64,000 bases of DNA from an uncultured Actinomycetes bacterium (GCA_963725665.1 CAVRZA010000001.1:448001-512000), one strand, 5' to 3'. Counted from the stretch's first letter, positions 40,779 through 51,163 are shown. Notes: generated from the sequence alone by a model not told the origin. Numbers and translations are program-made.

Positions 40779-43700
40779 ATGAAGCGCTTCGTGTGGTTGC
40801 CTGTCAGTCTCTGCCTGCTATGCGTCTTCTGCCTCGCGACGCTCTTGGCCGCCCCGGAAGCGGCCAGAGCCGATGGCGCACTCAGCTCCACTCCCGACCA
40901 GCAGCCCTGGATTGCCAACGACACCGTCAACGTCATCGCCACCGCGCCCAACGGGATCACCTACGTCGGCGGCGGGTTCACGTATGTCGGCCCCAACACG
41001 GGAGGCGCCGCCGCCCTCGATGAGACAAGCGGCGCCCCGGATATGGCGTTCCCGCGGGTGGAAGGCACCGTGGAAGCGGCGGTCAGTGACGGCGCCGGCG
41101 GCTACTACATCGGCGGCGTGTTCACTCGGGTGGGCGGCGTCACCCGCAACGACATCGCCCACATCCTGCCCGACGGCTCGGTGGACCCAGCCTTCGACCC
41201 CAATGCGAACGACTCGGTCCTCACGCTGGCCGTCTCGGGCTCGACCGTCTACGCCGGCGGGACCTTCACCTCGATCGGCGGACAGACGCGCAACAACATC
41301 GCCGCCCTGTCTGCCGGCAGCGGCCTGGCCACGACCTGGGACCCCAACGCCGACAAGGAGGTCGACGCCCTCCTCGTCTCGGGCTCGACCGTCTACGCAG
41401 GCGGCTGGTTCACCTCGATCGGCGGCCAGACTCGCTACGCCATCGCCGCCCTGTCTGCCGGCAGCGGGCTCGCCACGACCTGGGCCCCCAATGCCGGCAA
41501 CGCACCGTACGGCAACGCCAACGTCTCCACCCTGGCTGTCTCGGGCTCGACCGTCTACGCCGGCGGCTGGTTCACCTCGATCGGCGGCCAGAGCCGCAGC
41601 GGCATCGCCGCCGTGTCTGCAAGCAGCGGCTCAGCCACGGCGTGGAACCCGAAGGCAGGCGGCGGCACTTCCATCGGATCTCCCGTCCTGGCCCTCGCCG
41701 TCTCGGGCTCGACCGTCTACGCGAGCGGGTTCTTCACCTCGATAGGGGGCCAGAACCGCACCTTCATCGCCGCCCTGGATGCCGGCAGCGGCCTGGCCAC
41801 GGCCTGGAATCCCAGCGCGGACGGCACAGTCAGGGCCTTCGCCGTCACGGGCTCGACCGTCTACGCCGGCGGTAACTTCACCTCGATAGGGGGCCAGAAC
41901 CGCCATGGCATCGCTGCCCTGAATGCGAGCAGTGGCGCCGCCACGACCTGGAACCCCAACCCGGTCAACGGGGTCAGCGACGGCACCGTCAACGCCCTCG
42001 TCATCTCGGGCTCGACCATCTACGCCGGCGGGGACTTCACCTCGATCGGCGGCCAGACCCGCAACGGCATCGCAGCTTTGAACGCGAGCGGCGCCGTCAC
42101 GGCGTGGAACCCCGACGCGACCTGGGGGGACTGGCAGGGGAGCATCGCCGCCATCGCCGTCTCGGGCTCGACCGTCTACGTCGGCGGGGACTTTGACTTC
42201 ATCGGCGGCCAGACCCGCAACGACATCGCCGCCTTGGACGCCGGCAGTGGCCTTGCCACGGCCTGGGATCCCGAGGCGAGCGCGACGGGCTATGCCGGGG
42301 TCTCAGCCCTCGCCGTCTCGGGCTCGACCGTCTACGCCGGCGGGCTGTTCACCTCGATCGGCGGCCAGATGCGAAATCACATCGCCGCGCTTGATGCCGG
42401 CAGCGGCCTCGCCACAGGCTGGGATCCCAACGCGGACGCCAACGTCTCCGCCTTGGCCGTCTCGGGCTCGACCGTCTACGCGGGAGGCTGGTTCACCTCG
42501 GTCGGCGGCCAGACCCGCAAGAACCTCGCCGCCCTGGATGCGACCAGCGGCCTCGCCACAGGCTGGGATCCCAGTCCCGACCGAGCGGTCGATGCCCTCG
42601 CCGTCTCGGGCTCGACCGTCTACGCCGTCGGCTACTTCACCTCGATCGGCGGCCAGAGCCGCAGCGAGATCGCCGCCGTGGATGCGACCAGCGGCCTCGC
42701 CACAGGCTGGGACCCCAACGCGGGCGGCACCTCCTACCATGAGGTCCACACACTGGCCGTCTCGGGATCGACCGTCTATGTCGGCGGCGAGTTCAGCACC
42801 ATCGGCGGTCAGGCGCGCGACAACCTCGCCGCCCTCGATGCCGGCAGCGGCCTCGCCACGGCCTGGGATCCCGGCGCGGGCGACCCGTCGTATTCCACGG
42901 TCTACGCGCTCGCCGTGTCGGGCTCGACCGTCTACGTCGGCGGGAACTTCACCTCGATCGGCGGCCACTACCAGCCGTACCTGGCGCGCTTCTCGTCGCC
43001 CACTCCTCCCACCGTGACCAGCCCCAACGGTGGCGAGACCTGGACGCTGGTTTCCACCCACGACATCACCTGGGATGCCGGCAACGGCGGCAAGGTGAAC
43101 GTCGAACTCTCGCGCGACAACGGCTCAAGCTGGGAGACCCTCTTCGCCTCGACGGCCAACGACGGCTCCGAGTCCTGGACGGTCAGCGGCCCGACCACCA
43201 GCCAGGCCCTGGTGCGGATCTCCAACGAGAAGGGCAGCGGCAGCTCCACCGCGCCGTTCACGATCGCCCCCGCCCTGACGGGCTCGATGAGCCTCGACGG
43301 CGGCGCCGCGTATGCAACGAGCACCGCGGTGACGATCGACAGCTCGGTCTCGGGCGTCACCCAGATGCGCTTCGAGAACGCCGGCGGCAGCTGGAGCACC
43401 TGGGAGGCCTACAACGCCACCAAGGCCTGGACGCTGCCCTCAGGCGACGGCGCCAAGACCGTCGAGGCCCAGTACCGTGATGCGGACGATAACGTCCTCG
43501 ATCTCTCCGCTGACGTCACCCTGGACAGCACCCCGCCGGTGACTACCAACGACGCCCCCACCGGCTGGAAGAAAGCCTCCGTGACGGTGCACTTGAGCCC
43601 GACCGATGCAGGCTCGGGCATGACCGGCGGTTCTGCCAAGACCGAGTACTCCACCGATGGCGGCACGACCTGGACGACCGGCACCTCCCTGACGATCACC

Positions 43701-44123
43701 GCCGACCCGGTCGCGCACACCACAGACGGCATCACCACCATCAACTACCGCTCGGTCGACAACGCCGGCAACGTCGCGGCCGTCCAGACCTGCCGCGTCG
43801 AGCTCGACACCCGCAAGCCGATCACTAAGGCGCCCTCGAGTGCCAGCGCGCGCCGCGGGCGCACCGCGACGCTGAAGTATCGCGCCAACGACCTACCCCC
43901 CAACGGCGGTACGGCAACGGTGACGATCAAGGTCAAGACCCTGCACGGCACGCTCAAGAAGACGCTGCGCTGCGGCGTCAAGGCGGTCAACACGACCCTC
44001 ACGGTGCGCTTCAAGGTGCCGCTCACCTGGAAGGCTGGCACGTACCGCTTCTTCGTCTATGCCATCGACGCGGCCGGCAACGCTCAGGCCAAAGTCGGCT
44101 CTAACCGCCTCGTCGTGCGGTAG
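40779..44123 (+). CDS. Secreted beta-propeller repeat protein with C-terminal beta-sandwich modules
   Basis: Signal peptide; 12 canonical plus 2 degenerate repeats of LAVSGSTVYAGGxFTSIGGQxR..W.P. Confidence 0.85.
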   Translation: MKRFVWLPVSLCLLCVFCLATLLAAPEAARADGALSSTPDQQPWIANDTVNVIATAPNGITYVGGGFTYVGPNTGGAAALDETSGAPDMAFPRVEGTVEAAVSDGAGGYYIGGVFTRVGGVTRNDIAHILPDGSVDPAFDPNANDSVLTLAVSGSTVYAGGTFTSIGGQTRNNIAALSAGSGLATTWDPNADKEVDALLVSGSTVYAGGWFTSIGGQTRYAIAALSAGSGLATTWAPNAGNAPYGNANVSTLAVSGSTVYAGGWFTSIGGQSRSGIAAVSASSGSATAWNPKAGGGTSIGSPVLALAVSGSTVYASGFFTSIGGQNRTFIAALDAGSGLATAWNPSADGTVRAFAVTGSTVYAGGNFTSIGGQNRHGIAALNASSGAATTWNPNPVNGVSDGTVNALVISGSTIYAGGDFTSIGGQTRNGIAALNASGAVTAWNPDATWGDWQGSIAAIAVSGSTVYVGGDFDFIGGQTRNDIAALDAGSGLATAWDPEASATGYAGVSALAVSGSTVYAGGLFTSIGGQMRNHIAALDAGSGLATGWDPNADANVSALAVSGSTVYAGGWFTSVGGQTRKNLAALDATSGLATGWDPSPDRAVDALAVSGSTVYAVGYFTSIGGQSRSEIAAVDATSGLATGWDPNAGGTSYHEVHTLAVSGSTVYVGGEFSTIGGQARDNLAALDAGSGLATAWDPGAGDPSYSTVYALAVSGSTVYVGGNFTSIGGHYQPYLARFSSPTPPTVTSPNGGETWTLVSTHDITWDAGNGGKVNVELSRDNGSSWETLFASTANDGSESWTVSGPTTSQALVRISNEKGSGSSTAPFTIAPALTGSMSLDGGAAYATSTAVTIDSSVSGVTQMRFENAGGSWSTWEAYNATKAWTLPSGDGAKTVEAQYRDADDNVLDLSADVTLDSTPPVTTNDAPTGWKKASVTVHLSPTDAGSGMTGGSAKTEYSTDGGTTWTTGTSLTITADPVAHTTDGITTINYRSVDNAGNVAAVQTCRVELDTRKPITKAPSSASARRGRTATLKYRANDLPPNGGTATVTIKVKTLHGTLKKTLRCGVKAVNTTLTVRFKVPLTWKAGTYRFFVYAIDAAGNAQAKVGSNRLVVR

Positions 44124-44305
44124 CCCATTCCGTGCGGCGGCCGCGGGGCTGAAAGGACGCGCCGAAGGCGCGCCCTGCCGTCGTAATGAACGTGGACCGG
44201 CGAATGCGGTCAGGCCAGTCGGCGCACGCTTGCGGTTCGCCGCGAACGGGTCATCCTCCACCGTGCGAGAGGGAGAGGGTCATGTCGAAGCACTTGCAGG
44301 GAGTC

Positions 44306-47300
44306 ATGACGAAGCACTTCTGGCGCGTCGGCGCTGCGACCGGCATCGCTCTTGTCGCGGTGCTCGTTGTCTGTGCCCCTGCCCAGGCGACCGTCGTGAA
44401 GCTCTCCGTGCCGAAGATGAGCCGCATGGCGACGACCGTCGTGGTCGGCCGCGTGGCGTCGGCGACACCACGACACGTGTCCGGCCACGGGTGGGGCTCG
44501 ATCGTCACCGACACCACCCTGCGCATCGACACCGTGCTTAAGGGCACGGCGCCGGCGACGCTGACTCTGCACCTGCCCGGCGGGCGCATCGGCAGCGTGC
44601 GGGAGGTCGTGGAAGACGTCCCGACGTTGGCGCCGGGCGACAGCTACATCCTCTTCCTCGACGGCCAGGGTCGCATCGTCGGCTGGAGCGAGGGAGCGCT
44701 GCCGGTGGTGGGCGGCGCGGTGCCCGCCCTCGGCGGCGCGCCGCTGCGCGCCGCCGAGGGCATCATCCACCGCGCCGCCCACCCCTCGCTTACGGGCCCG
44801 CTGCGGACCTCGGCAGGTGAGGCGACGCTGGCGCGGCCGGCGCTCGCGTCGCCGCTCGCGCCGCTCCCCGCCAGCGTCACCGCCGACTCCACCGTCGCCC
44901 TTCTGAGCAGCGACTTCGAGGCAGGCATGTCGGGCTGGACGCTCGCCGGCTCGCCGACCTGGGGTCGCACGACCTACCGCAAGCAGGCCGGTTCGTACTC
45001 GGCCTACTGCGCCCAGAGCACGACCGCCGCCCCCGGCCCTTACTCAAACTCCATGAGCAATTGGATGGTGGCCGGCCCCTTCGACCTCAGCGACGCCACC
45101 TCCGCTGCGCTGAACTTCGACACTCGGTTCGACCTGGCGAGCAACGACTGGCTCATGGTCGGCTTCTCCACCGACGGCAGCAACTTCGACCTGATGGGGT
45201 GGCAGGGCGCCTCGTCGGGAGGCTGGTATCAGGACACCGAGGACCTGAGCAGCTTCGGCGGCACGAGCTACATCGGACAGCCCCAGGTGTGGGTCGCCTT
45301 GCGCTTCACCTCCGACGCCAGCGGCACCGCCGAGGGCGCCTACGTCGACAACGTCCTTCTGACCAAGCAGACGGGCGCGGCGCCGACGATCACGAACATT
45401 ACGCCCGCGTCGGCCTCGGCGGGCACCGGCAGCCAGGTGACGATCACCGGCACCGGGTTCGGCGCCACGCAGGGCACGGGCAGCGTCAACTTCTACTACG
45501 ACGGCACCGACACGATTCCCGGTCCGGTCACCTCGTGGAGCGACACCCAGATCGTCTGCACGGTGCCCACGGCGACGGTGAAGGGGTATCCCGCCTCGAC
45601 GGGCAGCGGGCCCGTGACGGTGACCGACGGCACGGGCACGACTGGCCCCAGCTACAACGGCTTCTCCGTGCCCTTCGGCTACGGCGGCACGAAGTGGAGC
45701 GGCCTGGGCATGACCTACCGGGTCAACCCCAACACCGCCGACACGACCAACGCGGAGGCGCTCGCCGATGCCGGCGCCTCGACCTGGAACGGCAACTCGC
45801 TGTTCGGCTTCACCGACGGCGGTCTGTGCTCGACCAGCTCCGTCGGCTATGACGGCCACGACGACATCTTCTGGGGCACCGGCCTGCCCGCCGGCGTGCT
45901 CGCGCAGGCCAGCTATTGGTTCTCGGGCTCGACGCTGAGCGAGGCCGACATCGAGTTCAACGACAGCTACACCTGGAGCGACGGCTCCGGCAGCACCTAC
46001 GACGTCCAGTCGATCGCCACGCACGAGCTGGGGCACACGCTCAACCTGCGCGACCTCTATGGCGCCAACGACACCAGCAAGGTCATGTACGGCTACGGCA
46101 GCAGCGGGCAGCAGAAGCGCACCCTCGATCCGGGCGACGCCGCCGGCATCGCCTGGATCTACGGTTCGGCCACACCGATGAGCGGCACGATGGTCGTGAA
46201 CAACGATGCTGCCTACACGAAGAGCACCACGGTGACGCTGGACTCGGCGATCGTCGGCGCCACGCAGATGCACTTCCGCAACCAGGGCGGGTCATGGTCG
46301 GCGTGGGAAGCCTACTCGTCCACGAAGAGCTGGACGCTGGCGGCCGGCGGCGACGGGGTGCGGACGGTCGAGGCGGAGTACAAGGACGCCGCCGCCAACA
46401 TCTACGCGCAGTCCGACTCGATCACCCTCGACGCCACCGGACCGACGACCGCCCAGTCCGGCGGCGGCTCCGACTGGCACACGACCGACGCCACCGTCAC
46501 CTTCACGCCGACCGATGCAGGATCGGGCATGAGCGGCGGCTCGGCCAAGACACAGTACTCGACCAACGGCGGCACGACCTGGACGACGGGCGCGAGCGTG
46601 ACCATCGTCGCCGACCCTGCGGGGCACACGACCGACGGCGTCCACGCGATCAGCTACCGCTCGACCGACGCCATCGGCAACGTCGAGACCGTGCAGACGA
46701 CCACCCTCAACATTGACACCACGCCACCGAAGACGACCCTCGTCCCGGTCCGGCTCTACGAGCTCGGCTACTGGAACAACGCTCCCTGCAGCTTCACGTT
46801 CACGGCCTCCGACGCTGGCTCGGGCGTTGCCCAAACACAGCTCAACGTCGACAACCACGGTTGGCTTCCATGGAGCCCCGGTGCCAGCGACACGTTGCCT
46901 GCCCCCGCCGACCACTCGAACGACGGCACGCACACGTTGCTCCTGCGCTCTGTCGATGTGATCGGCAATCTCGAGACCGCGCAGCAGTTCTCGCTCGGCA
47001 TCGACACGAGACGGCCGTCTGCGCGGACGCCCTATGCCAGCACCGTGCGCCGCTACGCGTACGCCACGCTGAAGTTCAAGGTCCTCGACGCGCGGCCCAG
47101 CGCCGGTTCCTGTCGGGTGGTCATCAGGGTGAAGACGCTGAGTGGCCGGCTCAAGGCGAAGTTCTCCCCGACGCGCTGGTACACGTGCGGCACACTGTAT
47201 TCCTACCGCTTCCGTTGCCGCCTTGCCCATGGCAAGTACACGTTCAGTGTGACCACGTACGACGGCGCGCGGAACGTCTCGGCCAAGGCTGCTCATAACT

Positions 47301-47317
47301 ACCTGACGGTGCGGTGA
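44306..47317 (+). CDS. Secreted metzincin-like metalloprotease with IPT/TIG and beta-sandwich modules
   Basis: Signal peptide (alternative ATG at 44282), VTITGTGFG, HELGHTLNLRD and Met-turn VMYG. Confidence 0.8.
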   Translation: MTKHFWRVGAATGIALVAVLVVCAPAQATVVKLSVPKMSRMATTVVVGRVASATPRHVSGHGWGSIVTDTTLRIDTVLKGTAPATLTLHLPGGRIGSVREVVEDVPTLAPGDSYILFLDGQGRIVGWSEGALPVVGGAVPALGGAPLRAAEGIIHRAAHPSLTGPLRTSAGEATLARPALASPLAPLPASVTADSTVALLSSDFEAGMSGWTLAGSPTWGRTTYRKQAGSYSAYCAQSTTAAPGPYSNSMSNWMVAGPFDLSDATSAALNFDTRFDLASNDWLMVGFSTDGSNFDLMGWQGASSGGWYQDTEDLSSFGGTSYIGQPQVWVALRFTSDASGTAEGAYVDNVLLTKQTGAAPTITNITPASASAGTGSQVTITGTGFGATQGTGSVNFYYDGTDTIPGPVTSWSDTQIVCTVPTATVKGYPASTGSGPVTVTDGTGTTGPSYNGFSVPFGYGGTKWSGLGMTYRVNPNTADTTNAEALADAGASTWNGNSLFGFTDGGLCSTSSVGYDGHDDIFWGTGLPAGVLAQASYWFSGSTLSEADIEFNDSYTWSDGSGSTYDVQSIATHELGHTLNLRDLYGANDTSKVMYGYGSSGQQKRTLDPGDAAGIAWIYGSATPMSGTMVVNNDAAYTKSTTVTLDSAIVGATQMHFRNQGGSWSAWEAYSSTKSWTLAAGGDGVRTVEAEYKDAAANIYAQSDSITLDATGPTTAQSGGGSDWHTTDATVTFTPTDAGSGMSGGSAKTQYSTNGGTTWTTGASVTIVADPAGHTTDGVHAISYRSTDAIGNVETVQTTTLNIDTTPPKTTLVPVRLYELGYWNNAPCSFTFTASDAGSGVAQTQLNVDNHGWLPWSPGASDTLPAPADHSNDGTHTLLLRSVDVIGNLETAQQFSLGIDTRRPSARTPYASTVRRYAYATLKFKVLDARPSAGSCRVVIRVKTLSGRLKAKFSPTRWYTCGTLYSYRFRCRLAHGKYTFSVTTYDGARNVSAKAAHNYLTVR

Positions 47318-47391
47318 CCCCCGAGGACCAATCAAGGAGCCTCTCCTCAAGGGCATGGTCGTCGTCGCAGAAGGCGCCCAGTGCGAAGGAG

Positions 47392-47540
47392 TGTACCGTG
47401 TCTAGCTTCTCGGACACTTAGCCGCGAAACAAGTGTGGATCTGCGCGGTGCATCGGGAGCGGGGACCGCTGCCCCAGCGACTCGTGTGGCCTGACCTCGT
47501 TGTAGAGCGAGAAGTAGCTCGTGATTACCTCGGCGAGCCT
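47392..47540 (-). mobile_element. IS3-family-like right-end remnant
   Basis: YNEVRPHESLG..SP transposase C-terminus followed by an IR-like end (TGTACCGTGTCTAG..GGACAC on +). Confidence 0.6.
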
Positions 47541-47674
47541 CACTGCCGACACATTGCCGACGAGACGCCACACCACGGCCCAACATGGGCACGATCCATC
47601 ACCGAGACGGCGCTGAACCTTGGACTGTGCAGCACCTTTGCACACGAGGCACCACGGCTCGGCACGCCTTCCTG

Positions 47675-47723
47675 AGGTTTCCTAAACCTGGTGTCGTAGG
47701 TTCGATTCCTACCGGGGGCACCA
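47675..47723 (+). repeat. tRNA-Arg 3'-half duplicate (att junction 2)
   Basis: 49-bp match to 20651-20699; the next about 90 bp also resemble 20700-20790. Confidence 0.95.
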
Positions 47724-47936
47724 GCTTTTCCCTGCATATGGCGATTTCTCCTTCTCCTCGAAGTGCGCGTTTCTGGCCGAATCGGCAAGATTGCCGACAT
47801 TCTGCCGACGAGACTCCCGAGCACGAGCGGCCACAGTGGCACATCGGGCAACACGAGCCTGTTGGGCAGATCGCGATGAAGGGCATCTTCAGCGGACAGG
47901 GCCCACTCCGGTGCCCGCCACGAGAGGAGGCCGCAG

Positions 47937-48317
47937 GTGAGCGAGTCTGCGAACCGCGCGACACTCGAGGCGCTTGTCGCCGCGCTGAACGCCAGTGACC
48001 TTGAGGGACTCGACAAGGTGTTCACCGACGACGTCGTGATGGAATGGCCGCAGTCGGGCGAGCGCATTGTCGGAGGGCAGAACCGGCGCGAGATCTACAG
48101 CCGCTTCCCGTCTCTGCCGCACGTCACGCCGCGACGTATGACAGGAAGCGACGACCTCTGGGTGCTCGAGGCGAGCCTCGACTACGGAGACGGCGATCCT
48201 TTCCAGTGCGTCTTCATCTTCGAGATGCGCGACGGGCTCATCGCCAAGGAGACGGGCTACTGGTCGAAGCCGTTCCCGGCCCCCGACTGGCGGGCGCCCT
48301 GGGTCGAGCGTCTCTAG
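47937..48317 (+). CDS. SnoaL/NTF2-like protein
   Basis: EWPQSGERI and ETGYWSKPFPAPDWRAPWVE. Confidence 0.85.
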   Translation: MSESANRATLEALVAALNASDLEGLDKVFTDDVVMEWPQSGERIVGGQNRREIYSRFPSLPHVTPRRMTGSDDLWVLEASLDYGDGDPFQCVFIFEMRDGLIAKETGYWSKPFPAPDWRAPWVERL

Positions 48318-48385
48318 GGCTTCGCCGCGAACACCAGCCCCGCGATCAGTGCCGCCGCCTCTTCCTGCATCGCCGGGATGGCGTG
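48314..48385 (-). repeat. Integrase A 3' tail #8
   Basis: HAIPAMQEEAAALIAGLVFAAKP*; cut by the IS630-like end. Confidence 0.92.
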
Positions 48386-48388
48386 AGA

Positions 48389-49140
48389 CTAGTACTCTGG
48401 CTCGTAAGTTCGCTCACGTAAGTGGCTTCCCTCAGGCGGCTATCTCGGCGACGGGCGCGTCCTCTGCGAGGCGAGCCATGAGGTTGTCAAGGTCGCCCCG
48501 CGTGAACCTCCAGTCGAAGGGGACGGCAGCCCGCTCGTAGCGGGCCTGGAAGGCCAGGAGGCGCTCAGCGAGCTCCTCGGGCGAGGCGAAGTCGGCAGGG
48601 GTGAGCACCTTGCGCTACACGACCGAGAAGTAGATCTCGACCTGGTTGAGCCAGCTGGCGTGGATTGGCAGGTGCACGAGCACGAGCTTGGGGTAGGCCG
48701 CCGCCAGGCGCCGAATCGAGGCCGCGCCACGGTGCGAGGAGCCGTTGTCGACCACCCAGAACACGCGCCGCGCCGCGGTAGGGCGGGCTTTCCATCACCT
48801 GATCGACCAGCCTCGTGAAGGGCGCGCTGCCAGTGGCCGGCTCGATGCGTCCGAAGAGCCTGGCGCGGTGCAGGTTCCAGGCGGCCAGGGTAGGCCAGCG
48901 TGCCGCGGCGCTCGTACTCGTGCTCGACACGGCGGCAGACACCCGGCCGGGGTGGCGTTGCGCGGTGGCGGCGAGAGAGCACCTGCAGCTGGGTCTTCTC
49001 GTCGGCCGAGATCACGTACTCATCGACTTCAAGCCGCCTCCCCTGCCAGGTCCGGCCGTAGAGGTCGAGCACTCGGCCCGCCTTGGACTCGAAGTCGGGG
49101 TCGCGCGGGAAGAGCCAGCTGCGCTGACACCAGTCGCGGC
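48389..49140 (-). mobile_element. IS630-family transposase remnant (5'-truncated, frameshifted)
   Basis: SADEKT, HEYERRGT, VVDNGSSH and HASWLNQVEIYFS; end sequence AACTTACGAGCCAGAGTACTAG. Confidence 0.85.
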
Positions 49141-49193
49141 GGAGCAGGCGCGTCGGAGACTCCCACCAGGGCACAACGATCTTAGCGGCATTC

Positions 49194-49628
49194 CTAGGCC
49201 ACGGATCGCTGCGATTCGGACTCTCGGCGACTCGCCTCCTCTGCCCTTCGCTTGAGGTATAACACAAGCCGAGGTAACTCGCCGTCCTTGGAGTCACAAA
49301 GGGTGTCGTAGAGCGCGGAGACGAGCGCCGGCGAGGCAGCGAGGGCGGTGATGAGGCGAGAGAGACGGTACTCGGCGAAGCAGGTCGGCTCGACGTGCAG
49401 GGCGCGGGCGATGCGCTCTATCGTCTCGGGGGCGGGGACCGAGCGCGTGCCTTTGGATAGGTGGTTGAGGTAGCCGGCCGAGAGCCCCGTCCGGTATGCG
49501 AGCTGACGGAAACTGTAGCCGCGCTCCTCCTTGAGCAGACTCAGTTCGCGGTGGAAGGGTCGACTAGCTGACCCCGGCAGGACCGCTGCGGAGCAAGCAG
49601 GTTCTAGGGGCACGGCAAATCTCGTCAT
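49194..49628 (-). CDS. XRE-family HTH regulator
   Basis: YSFRQLAYRTGLSAGYLNHLSKG..P..IARALHV. Confidence 0.8.
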   Translation of the reverse strand: MTRFAVPLEPACSAAVLPGSASRPFHRELSLLKEERGYSFRQLAYRTGLSAGYLNHLSKGTRSVPAPETIERIARALHVEPTCFAEYRLSRLITALAASPALVSALYDTLCDSKDGELPRLVLYLKRRAEEASRRESESQRSVA

Positions 49629-50194
49629 AGAGCGTCCTTCCGCTCGCGGGTTGCCCGGGTTTGCCGGATTTCGATGATGGCGGTAGCAGGGGAGAAGGCC
49701 TGCCTTGGCGGCCTACGGCTTCCACAGCCTGTAAACGGGCCGCGAGGAGCCGGTGACGATTCCGTAAAGTCTCGCAGGTGCCTGGAGGCGGCTCTCATGG
49801 GCTATCAGGGGCCGGTCGATGTCTCACAGTTATAGAACGTCGGTCGAGCCGCTTCCATAACACTCACCCCGGAGGAGGCACTTTGCGGCACGCTCGTTAC
49901 GTTCGCGTTAGGACGGGATGAGCAGGCAAGGAAGCGGGGAACCGCTCTAAACTGCGACCACGTCGCCGAGCACCGCGAGCTGCAGGGCTCACACGAGGGA
50001 TCCTCGCCGGCCGGCCACCGCTCGAAGGGGATAAGGGTGTTGAATCTCTAGGCGGTCCCCTCCAGACCTCGGCGCGCCCTGGCTTGAAATCGGTCGCAAA
50101 TTGGCGGTTCGCGTCCGAAATCCTAGCTGCATCGGTGTCGGAAGTCGGCCCAGGCGACTTTAGGCACAAGCCGGCAAGGTGGTGTTTCGGCGGA

Positions 50195-50325
50195 TCAAGC
50201 CTCCAATACCAGACCCGCAATCAGCGCCCCCGCCTCCTCCTGCATAGCCGGGATGGCGTGCGAGTAGGTGTCCAGGGTGATCGAGACGGTGGCATGTCCG
50301 AGGCGCTCTGAGACGACCTTGGGAT
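50195..50325 (-). repeat. Integrase A 3' tail #9
   Basis: PKVVSERLGHATVSITLDTYSHAIPAMQEEAGALIAGLVLEA*. Confidence 0.92.
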
Positions 50326-50420
50326 CGCTGTCATGCCCGCTCGGTTACAGCGCCCGCCCGGCAAGGCGATCCCGAGATCGGTTTGCTCTGATCGCCTCGA
50401 CCCAAAGGTGGCTCAGCACA

Positions 50421-50735
50421 TCAGCAGTTGTCTCGCTGCCGGCCTCGCTCCTGAGATGCCGCCAGGCGACAGGTCTCGCAGCAGTAGCGCTTCCTGGGGT
50501 TGTCCGTGAAGAAGAGAGAGCCGCAGAGAGGCGATGCGCAGACAGTCAGGAGCTCTCTCTTTGCATGACGCCGCGGCCGCGTCGCCAAACGTCGCGATTG
50601 CTGCGAGCGATGGAGCGCGCAGTAGAGCAGCGAGTTGTAGATGCTGAGGCGGGCTGAACAACCGGGAGCGGCGCACACGCGTCCGCTGGCGTAGGTCCGG
50701 GAAGGCGTTCCGAGAGCCACCACACGATGTCCCAT
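50421..50735 (-). CDS. Small Cys-rich zinc-finger protein
   Basis: CAAPGC..YCALH and CASPLC..YCCETC; GGAGG before ATG at 50735. Confidence 0.6.
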   Translation of the reverse strand: MGHRVVALGTPSRTYASGRVCAAPGCSARLSIYNSLLYCALHRSQQSRRLATRPRRHAKRELLTVCASPLCGSLFFTDNPRKRYCCETCRLAASQERGRQRDNC

Positions 50736-51049
50736 GACTGCAAGACCTCCTCGTATCCGTGACCTCTTCGCTTGAAGAGGACGTCCCGAGAACATGGTTC
50801 GGCAGGGCGTCGGACCGCCGTGAGCCGGATAGACGGATATCCCAGGCGCTTGCGAGCCTCGCTTTCGCTTGGAACCCGGTCACCTCAGGCGCAAGAATCG
50901 GCGAGGGCCAACACCGGTCACCGAAGGAGCGCTGCCCGCGAGCGCCGAGACGGTCTACTCGTCAAGGTGCTCTGCGCGTTCACGGTGTTGGGCGTGCCGA
51001 GGTTGAAGACACACCGATGCCGGCGCCGACGTCGCCTGGAGATGGGGCG

Positions 51050-51163
51050 CTACTTCGCCGCGAACACCAGCCCCGCGATCAGCGCCGTCGCCTCCTCCTG
51101 CATCGCCGGGATGGCGTGCGAGTAGGTGTACAAGGTGATGGAGACGGTGGCGTGGCCGGGGCG
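51050..51163 (-). repeat. Integrase A 3' tail #10
   Basis: GHATVSITLYTYSHAIPAMQEEATALIAGLVFAAK*. Confidence 0.93.

Larger units (their letters stand above)
20651..47723. mobile_element. tRNA-Arg-integrated island segment 1 (composite, decayed)
   Basis: Bounded by 49-bp direct repeats of the tRNA 3' half; contains the only full-length integrase A and six other integrase A pieces. Confidence 0.8.

Noticed and set aside
49930-50140. c-di-AMP (ydaO) riboswitch-like words (GCGGGGAACC, TGAATC)
   Set aside because: Match is loose, spacing is off and no same-strand gene follows.
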